From Bacteroidales bacterium (lineage in GTDB: Bacteria > Bacteroidota > Bacteroidia > Bacteroidales > UBA3663): a stretch of DNA of 64,000 bases. Location of the stretch: assembly GCA_045617885.1 (NCBI GenBank), contig JAZLJN010000002.1:10184-74183 (forward strand), in the 5' to 3' direction. Below, in pieces: positions 28,556 to 36,516 of the stretch. The notes under the pieces were generated by a model. It was not told where the DNA came from, did not search any database, and saw nothing but the letters and a program-made list of their open reading frames with translations. Position 1 is the stretch's first letter, and each line of letters opens with the position of its first letter. The translations under genes and the position numbers were made by a program.

Positions 28556-29396
28556 GTCCGAGACCATGTTCCATTAAAATAAGGATTAAGACACGTTGTA
28601 AGCATTGTACGAAGTTCACTTTTCTTGTGTCCGAGACCATGTTCCATTAAAATAAGGATTAAGACCATTGCGGTTGAACCCAACGAGGATTCCAGTAATT
28701 GTCCGAGACCATGTTCCATTAAAATAAGGATTAAGACGTTCTTCTCGATGATGGCGAGGCTGCTCTCGGTGGTCCGAGACCATGTTCCATTAAAATAAGG
28801 ATTAAGACTCCATATAGTATGGAGAACCTCCTTGTTCTCCTTGTAAAGTCGTCCGAGACCATGTTCCATTAAAATAAGGATTAAGACCTGTAAGTTCTTC
28901 TACGGGCGTGTTATTATGATTCTCGTCCGAGACCATGTTCCATTAAAATAAGGATTAAGACCCTGTCTTGTTTTTTCGCGTGGCTGGGAACTGAGAAGTT
29001 GTCCGAGACCATGTTCCATTAAAATAAGGATTAAGACTTACATCCTTTGTTCTGGAAGAAATACTCTGTGTGCTCGTCCGAGACCATGTTCCATTAAAAT
29101 AAGGATTAAGACTTTTTGTGCTAGAACTTTACTGCCAAACTTGCGGTTGGAGTCCGAGACCATGTTCCATTACAATAAGGATTAAGACCGCCTGATCTGT
29201 TACGATTTCGCGAATGTTATCATGTCCGAGACCATGTTCTATTAAAATAAGGATTAAGACACTATTGGTGAAAGTACCCAACTTAACCATTGTACCGTCC
29301 GAGACCATGTTCCATTACAATAAGGATTAAGACGCTTGCCCTTGTTCCATGCACGATAGCAGCGGTCGGTCTCGGACCAACACTCGGTCCGAGACC
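28556..29396 (+). CRISPR. CRISPR array 2: 11 full 37-nt repeats plus a truncated terminal repeat fragment
   Basis: It uses the same repeat family. Starts are 28556, 28629, 28701, 28772, 28851, 28925, 29001, 29076, 29152, 29224 and 29297. Spacer lengths are 36, 35, 34, 42, 37, 39, 38, 39, 35 and 36 nt. The fragment GTCCGAGACC at 29387-29396 follows 53 nt of decayed sequence. Confidence 0.97.
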
Positions 29397-29484
29397 TAAA
29401 GCCTAAAGAGAATTGCCAAATAGAGAGACAAAATGAAGCATTATTCAGAAAGTGATAGATAATAATTAGATTTTTTGACCTTTT

Positions 29485-29516
29485 ATTTGGAATAGAAGTG
29501 TAAATACTTTATATTT
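29485..29516 (+). promoter_or_regulatory. Promoter of the helicase-csx1-csx1-csx20-like accessory operon
   Basis: TTTG at 29485-29488 and TATATTTG at 29509-29516, with a 20-nt spacer. It lies 67 nt upstream of the ATG at 29583. An 8-bp hairpin (ATGCATCG/CGATGCAT) sits in the 5' UTR. Confidence 0.5.
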
Positions 29517-29582
29517 GCGCCTCTATGCATCGTGCATCTCCCGATGCATATTTGAGATACACTTTGCCAATACAGAAAAATC

Positions 29583-31007
29583 ATGGATAACGAAATACAG
29601 CTGACGCATTCCCAAGACCGCGCATTCAAGATGATGATTGGTTTTGTGGAGAATCCGAACCAACGAATCTTCATCCTGAAAGGATATGCTGGTACAGGCA
29701 AGACTACACTGATGAAATGCTTGGTTAACGAGTTGATCTGCCAAAGTAAAGAAGTGAGACTACTTGCCTCTACAGGACGTGCTGCCAAGATTCTTAGCAA
29801 TGCCACAGGGATGGAGGCACACACCATACACAGCCAGGTCTATACTTTCAATGGTTTGAACCAAGACTTGGATAAACTCACAGAGGAACAAGGGAAGACA
29901 GGCTTAATGGCAGGAGAGCAGTTACTACTGGATTTCTCAATGGCTGAAGCTGAAGATGACGAGGAGATAATATTCCTGATAGACGAGTCCTCTATGGTGT
30001 CAGACCAAGAGCAGAAGGTGGTCACCCAAGCCAGATTCGGAAGTGGCAGGGTACTGAAAGACTTGATTGATTGCTATCCTGCGGGAAAGTTTATCTTTGT
30101 AGGGGACCCATGCCAGCTGCCTCCTATTACTCAACCATTCTCGCCTGCTTTATCTGCTGAATATTTTAAGTCGTCTTACGAAGAGGAGGTGCTGTGTGCA
30201 GAATTGACCGAAATCATGCGGCAGCAAAAGGATAATGACCTTATACAGTCTGCTCAGCGTATGCGTCAGTTGTATGCCAATCCTCCTCAAGTAAAGTGGG
30301 CAAAATTCCCTCTAAAAGGTTATAGAAACATACATATCCTATCTAGTCAAACTGAACTGCTTAGCCTTTATATTGATGACATTAAGCAAAATGGATTTAA
30401 CTCCGCTACCCTTTTAGGGTTCACTAACAAACAATGTAATGATCTGACACGGCTGATTCGTCCATCTCTTGGTATCGTTTCCATGACCATCTCGGTGGGC
30501 GACCTATTGCTGGTTACCCAAAATAATTACATCTCTGGTCTGATGAATGGCGATCTGGTAGTGGTCAAGGCGATTGGCGCGATGGAACAGCGAGCTGGAT
30601 TACACTTCCAGACAGTAAGCGTCGAGGAGTTGTTCACTAAAAAAGTATATGAACAGCTGCTCGTTCTGGAGATACTCTATGCCAACGAAACCAATCTGAC
30701 GCAGGAACAGCAGCGAGAATTAATGTTAGAATTCTATTTCAGGATGAAAGCTAATGGCATCAAGCAAAAGAGCAAGGCTTTTAATCAGATGATGATAAAA
30801 GACCCATACTTGAATGCTCTTCGTACGGTTTATGGTTTTGCTTTGACCTGCCACAAGTCTCAAGGTGGCGAGTGGGACAAAATCTACCTTGACATCCCCC
30901 GTTCATTCCCTTTACAGGCCAAGCCATACGTATATCAGTGGATGTACACCGCCATGACTAGAGCCAAACAAGACTTGTTTGTAGTTAATGATTTTTGGAT
31001 ATATTAA
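29583..31007 (+). CDS. RecD/TraA-like SF1 DNA helicase (AAA_30 + SH3-like + UvrD_C-type)
   Basis: 474 aa with Walker A GYAGTGKTT, Walker B FLIDESSMV, GDPCQLPPI, an SH3-like segment VGDLLLVTQNNYISGLMNGDLVVV, and motifs V/VI ALTCHKSQGGEW and YTAMTRAK. Confidence 0.85.
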   Translation: MDNEIQLTHSQDRAFKMMIGFVENPNQRIFILKGYAGTGKTTLMKCLVNELICQSKEVRLLASTGRAAKILSNATGMEAHTIHSQVYTFNGLNQDLDKLTEEQGKTGLMAGEQLLLDFSMAEAEDDEEIIFLIDESSMVSDQEQKVVTQARFGSGRVLKDLIDCYPAGKFIFVGDPCQLPPITQPFSPALSAEYFKSSYEEEVLCAELTEIMRQQKDNDLIQSAQRMRQLYANPPQVKWAKFPLKGYRNIHILSSQTELLSLYIDDIKQNGFNSATLLGFTNKQCNDLTRLIRPSLGIVSMTISVGDLLLVTQNNYISGLMNGDLVVVKAIGAMEQRAGLHFQTVSVEELFTKKVYEQLLVLEILYANETNLTQEQQRELMLEFYFRMKANGIKQKSKAFNQMMIKDPYLNALRTVYGFALTCHKSQGGEWDKIYLDIPRSFPLQAKPYVYQWMYTAMTRAKQDLFVVNDFWIY

Positions 31008-32266
31008 TAATTGGGAACACTGTGAGTAAGGTTTTAGTTTCGTTTTTGGGAACAGGTTCTAATAGCAGAGGATTAGGTGTGAGAGAATATCATAAGGCTC
31101 GCTACCGATTTGAAAATGGAGTAGAGATTGACACCTCTTTTGTTGCAGATGCATTGTTCCGTTTTTATGACATTGACAAGTTAATTCTGCTGGGTACTCC
31201 CAAATCCATGTGGGAACAGGTATATGATGTATTTTGCGACAACAGGAACATACCCAAAAACGAGGACTATTGGCTGGAATTAGCTACCTCTTGTGATAAA
31301 GCCAATGCCAACAGTCCTTTGCATATTCCGAATAAGGAATTATTGGAATCTGCCATAGGAGCAGATTCTCATGTTGTATTAATTCATTATGGCCTCAATG
31401 AACAAGAATTGCAGAATAATGCATCGATAATTCTTGGGATTGAAGATTTTTTGAACACAGGTGATGAGCTATATTTGGACATTACACATGCGTTCCGTTC
31501 GTTGCCATTATATCTAATGAATTTGATTGTTTATCTTCAGAATGTCAGTGCAAAAAAGGTTAAGCTAGCCAATATATCGTATGGCATGCTTGACGTAAAC
31601 AAAGAACTTGGATATGCACCTGTGATTAATCTCTCCGGTATAGCAGAGATCAATGAATGGATAGTTGGCGCATATACATTCCGTCAGTTCGGCAATGGTT
31701 ATAAAATAGCAGAATTGATGAAAAGAAGAGGTGAAAAAAATATGTCGAATAAACTCACCAAATTTTCAGACATGCTTAACCTTAATCATTTGGATGGCAT
31801 CCGGAAGCAGACGCAAGAACTGTCAGCAGTTAAGAATGATAGCCATGGCGCTATTGCAGATCATATTATTCCTGGAGTAATCAATGGCTTTATAGATTAC
31901 TTCCCTAACAACATGCGTCAATCAACCTTTCAACGAAGATTGGCTCAGTGGCATTATAATCATCAGAACTACTCGTCGGCATTTATTGCGCTGGTGGAAG
32001 CAATTATAACTTACGTGTGTGAAGAGCTAGAATTTGACTGGGATCTGATGGAAAAACGAGAACTAGCTAAACGAGTATTACGCCGTCAAGAACCTTCGCT
32101 GATGAGAAACGTGAGGGAGTTTAGCACTGTAAGCAGCTGGTTTTCTAAAGTAAATAGGATCAGAATCAGTGTAGCACATTCTGTTACAAATTCCAAGAAC
32201 AATAGTGAAATGATTTCTTTACTGGATGAAGCCCTGATCTGTTTAAGAATGATAATCAAAGGATAA
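30995..32266 (+). CDS. csx1: CARF-HEPN protein (Csx1/Csm6 family, DxTHG-type), paralog A
   Basis: CARF motifs VLVSFLGTG and LYLDITHAFRSLP. The C-terminal HEPN-like motif is NRIRISVAH (32156-32179, Rx4-6H). The start may instead be the GTG at 31022 (VSKVLVSFLG). Confidence 0.75.
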   Translation: MDILIIGNTVSKVLVSFLGTGSNSRGLGVREYHKARYRFENGVEIDTSFVADALFRFYDIDKLILLGTPKSMWEQVYDVFCDNRNIPKNEDYWLELATSCDKANANSPLHIPNKELLESAIGADSHVVLIHYGLNEQELQNNASIILGIEDFLNTGDELYLDITHAFRSLPLYLMNLIVYLQNVSAKKVKLANISYGMLDVNKELGYAPVINLSGIAEINEWIVGAYTFRQFGNGYKIAELMKRRGEKNMSNKLTKFSDMLNLNHLDGIRKQTQELSAVKNDSHGAIADHIIPGVINGFIDYFPNNMRQSTFQRRLAQWHYNHQNYSSAFIALVEAIITYVCEELEFDWDLMEKRELAKRVLRRQEPSLMRNVREFSTVSSWFSKVNRIRISVAHSVTNSKNNSEMISLLDEALICLRMIIKG

Positions 32267-32281
32267 TATTATAGATTAGAT

Positions 32282-33583
32282 ATGTCACGCAACGTCTTTA
32301 TTTCATTCCTTGGTGAAGGTTTTTACTATAAAACCAAGTACAACCAGCAGACTGCAAATCTTAAAGAAACACGTTTTATCCAATGTGCGACACTCGAGTA
32401 CCTTGAAGCGTCAAAATGGGAACCGGACTCGAAGGCCTACATCCTTCTCACTCAAGTAGCTCATGATAATAACTGGATTGATAATGAAACGAGAAATATC
32501 AACGGTGTAGACCGAGCTTATAATGGTCTGCATAAGGAACTACAGGAATGGGGGGCTCCTTTTGATATCGAACCAATAAATATTCCTAATGGTAATGATA
32601 TGAAGGAGATGTTTTCGATATTCACTACGCTTTTCTCATATCTTCAGGAGGGTGATAAGTTGTATTTAGATATGACTCATGGTTTTAGATATCTGCCTAT
32701 GTTTTTACTTGTTCTGGGTAATTATGCCCAGTTCTTAAAGAATGTAGAGGTAAGAAGTATTACATATGGTAATGTCTTTTCTCCAACTAAAGAAATTTTG
32801 GATCTAATGCCGCTATGCAATCTGCAAAATTGGACAATTGGTGCTGCTGATTTCGTGAGGAACGGTAATGTATCAGAGTTGGTGCGATTATCGGATAAAG
32901 AGATGATTCCAATTATTAAACAAAGTAGTAATAGGGATGAAAACACGATAAAACTGAAGGATTTCGCTCGGAAACTGGATAAGGTAATAGAAGAGATTAA
33001 AATGTGCAGATGCAAAGATGTTATTGAAGCAAAAAATCTTAAGGCTCTCAGACTTATAGCGGTCGATCTGGACATGAGTCAAAATCTACAAGCGTTTGAA
33101 CCTATTCAGGTTAGGATTCTTGATTCTTTAAGAAAATTCTCTTCCGAGCCATCGCTTTTCAATGGATTAGCTGCTGCTGAATGGTGTATGTGTCATGGAC
33201 TATTCCAACAGTCTATTTCATATCTTGAAGAGACAATCGTTTCATTTTTCTGTAAAAAATACAATGTTCCTATTTATAATACAGAAATGCGAACCTTAAT
33301 CAGTAGTTGCTTTGGTTTTGTTGCATACAATACTCCTGAACAAAACTGGAGAGTATCCAAAAATACAGAGGAACGCGAAGCCAATCTCTCTCTCGCTAGG
33401 ATAATTGTAAAGAATCTAGATGAGAAACTTGCTGAAAAATACTGCAATATGGCTGATATCCGGAATGATATCAATCATGCGGGCATGAGAGATAATAGCC
33501 AATCACCGCAAGCTATAAAAAAAGGGATTGCCGCTTCTATAGATTATTTTACTCGTTATTTTGATACCTGGAATGTTAATTAA
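32282..33583 (+). CDS. csx1: CARF-HEPN protein (Csx1/Csm6 family, DxTHG-type), paralog B
   Basis: CARF motifs VFISFLGEG and LYLDMTHGFRYLP. It has a canonical HEPN motif RNDINH (33461-33478). Confidence 0.8.
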   Translation: MSRNVFISFLGEGFYYKTKYNQQTANLKETRFIQCATLEYLEASKWEPDSKAYILLTQVAHDNNWIDNETRNINGVDRAYNGLHKELQEWGAPFDIEPINIPNGNDMKEMFSIFTTLFSYLQEGDKLYLDMTHGFRYLPMFLLVLGNYAQFLKNVEVRSITYGNVFSPTKEILDLMPLCNLQNWTIGAADFVRNGNVSELVRLSDKEMIPIIKQSSNRDENTIKLKDFARKLDKVIEEIKMCRCKDVIEAKNLKALRLIAVDLDMSQNLQAFEPIQVRILDSLRKFSSEPSLFNGLAAAEWCMCHGLFQQSISYLEETIVSFFCKKYNVPIYNTEMRTLISSCFGFVAYNTPEQNWRVSKNTEEREANLSLARIIVKNLDEKLAEKYCNMADIRNDINHAGMRDNSQSPQAIKKGIAASIDYFTRYFDTWNVN

Positions 33584-33929
33584 TCTTACCAATCATCCAA
33601 CAGACACATGGACTGAGCTACAACTACATGAGGCGTGCAAATACGGAGAGATTGTAGATTTACCTTTTCCTGACGTTTCGGACAAAGCGACCCATGAAGA
33701 TGTAAAAGATTTAGTCAAGCAGTTATTTGATAAGATAGTCAAACTTTCTTCAAATAAAGCATGTACAGTTCATGTCATGGGAGAGATGACTTTTACCTAT
33801 GCCATGGTCAATATGCTGAAGGCTCACGGCTATAAGTGTGTGGCTTCTACATCGAAACGAATAGTTGAAATGTTGCCGGATGATTCGAAGAATGTGAGAT
33901 TTGAATTCTGCCAGTTCAGAGAATATTAA
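33573..33929 (+). CDS. Small CRISPR-linked protein, possibly Csx20 family (minimal Rossmann/CARF-like)
   Basis: About 118 aa from the ATG at 33573 (MLINLTNHPTDTWTELQLHEA...). It overlaps the stop of csx1 paralog B and is the last gene of the operon. The family assignment is from memory of the LNLT.H..(T/S)..Q N-terminal signature. Confidence 0.45.
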   Translation: MLINLTNHPTDTWTELQLHEACKYGEIVDLPFPDVSDKATHEDVKDLVKQLFDKIVKLSSNKACTVHVMGEMTFTYAMVNMLKAHGYKCVASTSKRIVEMLPDDSKNVRFEFCQFREY

Positions 33930-33963
33930 ACGCAAAATATCCAAGTCTCTATGAATTGTATTG

Positions 33964-34017
33964 CCAATCCCGCTGGCATAGATTTGAAAATTCTCAATTC
34001 TATGCCAGCGGGATTGG
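33964..34017 (+). terminator. Long perfect hairpin at the right edge of the island; likely the operon terminator
   Basis: The 19-bp stem CCAATCCCGCTGGCATAGA (33964-33982) pairs with TCTATGCCAGCGGGATTGG (33999-34017) around a 16-nt loop. There is no clean T-run. Confidence 0.5.
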
Positions 34018-34023
34018 TGTATA

Positions 34024-34348
34024 TTTACGAGTCGTGAAATGGACGCCAACGGTCTTGGCGTGGATTTAAAGGTTGTGAAATGGACGCCAAGAGTCTTGGC
34101 ACGCATTTACGAGTCGTGAAATGGACGCCAACAAGTCTTGGCGTGCAATCCAAGACCTCGGAACGGTTGTCTGATGACCTTGGCGCACAATCCTAGGCCT
34201 CCGGACATTTGATATACGGTTTTGGCAGACAATCCTAGGCCTCGGGACCTTTGTCAGATTCCCTTGGCGTGCAATCCTACGTCTCTGGACCTTCGTCTAA
34301 TGCCCTTGGCAGACAATCCTAACACTCCGGAGGATATTCTCTATCTGG
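34024..34348. repeat. Degenerate tandem repeat block with a period of about 42 bp (3 A-type plus 5 B-type units)
   Basis: A units read TTTACGAGTCGTGAAATGGACGCCAA..TCTTGGCGTG, each with a GCCAAG/CTTGGC hairpin. B units read CCTTGGCG(T/C)(G/A)CAATCCTAGGCCTC(C/G)GGAC.... The block lies between the convergent csx20-like and queA genes. Confidence 0.8.
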
Positions 34349-34374
34349 GGCGTGTCTCCCTGGCTTCTGGAACC

Positions 34375-35664
34375 CTAACTGTGCAGGAAGAGTAGGGAAG
34401 AGTCACCGTAGCTGAGGAAGCGGAAGTCATGATCCAGGGCATACTGATAGATGCGGTGCCAGTTGTCGCCCTGAAGGTTCTCACCGTCAGTCAGTGCGCT
34501 GACCAGCAGGAGGAGGGTAGATTGCGGCATGTGGAAATTGGTGACTATAGCATCAATAATCCGGTACTGGAAGCCTGGGGCAATAAGTATCTGGGTAGCT
34601 GTGACGAGCTGCTCCTGACGGGTAGCGTCCAGATACTCCAGGATGCGCTGCAGGGATGCCTCAAGGGAGAGACAATAGGTCATGTCGTATGGTTCCCACT
34701 GGTGAACGATCAGTTCCTCAGGCTGCACGGCATGGAAATCTGCCGTCATGGAGAGCTTGATACCTATGTAATAGAGTGACTCAAGAGTACGGACCGAAGT
34801 GGTGCCGGTAGCAACGAGCAACTTGTGACTCTGGCGCTGCTTAAGCTTAAAGTCGAGGATAGACTGGATGACACTGCGGGGAACGGAGATAAACTCGGTG
34901 TGCATGTCATGACCCTCAATGGTGGCAGACTTGACCGGGCGGAATGTGCCGGCTCCGACGTGGAGCGTCAGGTACTGCAGGTCAATATCCTTCTGCTGGA
35001 GAGCCTGAAGCACTTCAGGCGTATAATGCAAGCCGGCAGTAGGCGCCGCTACAGAGCCCTGGATGCGTGAATAGACGGTCTGATACGTGGTCTTGTCACT
35101 CTCCTCCGTAGCACGGTTAAGGTATGGTGGGATAGGCAGCTCGCCCATGGCATCAAGCAGGGCGGCAAAGGAATAGGGCTGTGCTGTGTCCGATCCCCAG
35201 TAGAAGCGGATCAGCTGGCTGGCACCAGGCTGGCTGACACGTTCACAAAAGAGTGTGACTGCCTCGCCGCTGGGCATATTGACCGAGAGGGAGAGTGGTC
35301 CCTCCTTCCATTTCTTGGAGTTGCCCACCAGACAGGTCCAGGTACACTCATGTTCGGAAGCGAATGACTGCTGATAGTCCTTCGGGGCTTCCGGTTCGAG
35401 GCAAAATACCTCAATGATTCCGCCGGTAGGCTTACGGAAATGGAGGCGCGCCTGGATGACCTTGGTATTGTTGAACACAATCATCGAACCGGCAGGGATG
35501 AGCGAAGGGAGCTGGTCAAAACGGTGCTCCTCAATGCTGCCTTCACCCTCCGGGCGCCAGACGAGGAGTTTGGACTGGTCGCGGCGCGAGAGTGGGTAAC
35601 GGGCTATGCGCTCTTCGGGAAGAGGATAGTCATAATTGCTGATTTGTATGGTGCGGGGGGTCAT
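34375..35664 (-). CDS. queA: S-adenosylmethionine:tRNA ribosyltransferase-isomerase
   Basis: 429 aa with the N-terminus ISNYDYPLPEERIARYPLSRRDQSKLLVW and QueA-like sequence throughout (GTTSVRTLES). Confidence 0.9.
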   Translation of the reverse strand: MTPRTIQISNYDYPLPEERIARYPLSRRDQSKLLVWRPEGEGSIEEHRFDQLPSLIPAGSMIVFNNTKVIQARLHFRKPTGGIIEVFCLEPEAPKDYQQSFASEHECTWTCLVGNSKKWKEGPLSLSVNMPSGEAVTLFCERVSQPGASQLIRFYWGSDTAQPYSFAALLDAMGELPIPPYLNRATEESDKTTYQTVYSRIQGSVAAPTAGLHYTPEVLQALQQKDIDLQYLTLHVGAGTFRPVKSATIEGHDMHTEFISVPRSVIQSILDFKLKQRQSHKLLVATGTTSVRTLESLYYIGIKLSMTADFHAVQPEELIVHQWEPYDMTYCLSLEASLQRILEYLDATRQEQLVTATQILIAPGFQYRIIDAIVTNFHMPQSTLLLLVSALTDGENLQGDNWHRIYQYALDHDFRFLSYGDSSLLFLHS

Positions 35665-35795
35665 TTTAATGTCACTTGTACCTAATATATTATATTAATG
35701 TGGGGGACAAAGGTACGAAAAATAATTGTTTTTGCCAAAATAATTTTGTGAAAAGAAATAATATGGGTATCTTTGCGCGCATTTTATAAAATACT

Positions 35796-36503
35796 ATGGC
35801 AATAAAGATAGGTGACAGAGTCCGATTCCTGGATGCCCAAGGGGGCGGAATCGTGAAGAGATTTGACAGTAATGGACTGGTGATGGTGGAGGACGAAGAT
35901 GGATTCGAAATCCCTACGCTGGCTACACAATGTGTGGTGGTAAGTGAAGAGGATGATCAGCGGCAGGCAGGTCATGCTCCTGTGCATCAGGCACCGCTGA
36001 CCCGGGCGCAGATGGCTGCGCGTGAGGCTCAGACCGAGGTGGATAAGCTGCGCGAAGAGAACCGCCGCCTGAAGGAGGAAATACATGCGCTGAAGGCAGA
36101 GATGGGCGACCTGAAACTGGCGCTGCTGCGAGCACAGTATGGCAGCCAGAGCAATAAGAAGGGCTCAAATGGAAACGTGCCGGGTGAGATCAAATCCAAT
36201 CCGCATGAAGTGCTGCGCAATGGTATCATTGAGGTAGATCTGCATATTGACAAGCTGCTGGAGACTACAGCGGGCATGAACAATGCTGCTATGCTGCAGC
36301 ATCAGTTGGACATCTTCCGCCAGACGATGGCTTCCTACCGCGGAGCCAAGGGTCAGCGCATCGTATTCATCCATGGTAAGGGTGAGGGCGTGCTGCGCAA
36401 GGCTATCATTGATGAGCTGAAGCTGCGCTATGCGAAGTGTGAGTGGCAGGACGCCTCATTCCAGCAGTATGGATTCGGAGCAACACAGGTAACAATCAGA
36501 TAA
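35796..36503 (+). CDS. Smr/MutS2-C domain protein (DUF2027-type N-terminus)
   Basis: 235 aa with a C-terminal Smr motif IEVDLHIDKLL...FIHGKGEGVLRKAI. A TATCTTTG box lies upstream. Confidence 0.8.
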   Translation: MAIKIGDRVRFLDAQGGGIVKRFDSNGLVMVEDEDGFEIPTLATQCVVVSEEDDQRQAGHAPVHQAPLTRAQMAAREAQTEVDKLREENRRLKEEIHALKAEMGDLKLALLRAQYGSQSNKKGSNGNVPGEIKSNPHEVLRNGIIEVDLHIDKLLETTAGMNNAAMLQHQLDIFRQTMASYRGAKGQRIVFIHGKGEGVLRKAIIDELKLRYAKCEWQDASFQQYGFGATQVTIR

Positions 36504-36516
36504 AACGGTATTTGAT

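Noticed and set aside
28426-28869. 147-aa minus-strand ORF spanning the array-2 leader and its first repeats, together with the 82-aa ORF at 22866-23114 that shares ISNQNIDYLKEIRELNKTNYVPIILGNCSKML
   Set aside because: The shared peptide comes from the duplicated non-coding leader and the rest comes from repeats. It is antisense to the arrays and has no independent support.
33750-34106. 118-aa minus-strand ORF, and the 67-aa ORF at 59496-59699, which cross the tandem hairpin repeats
   Set aside because: Their peptides are reiterations of the repeat unit (for example ...VKWPPEPLALISP...). They have no start context and overlap real gene ends.
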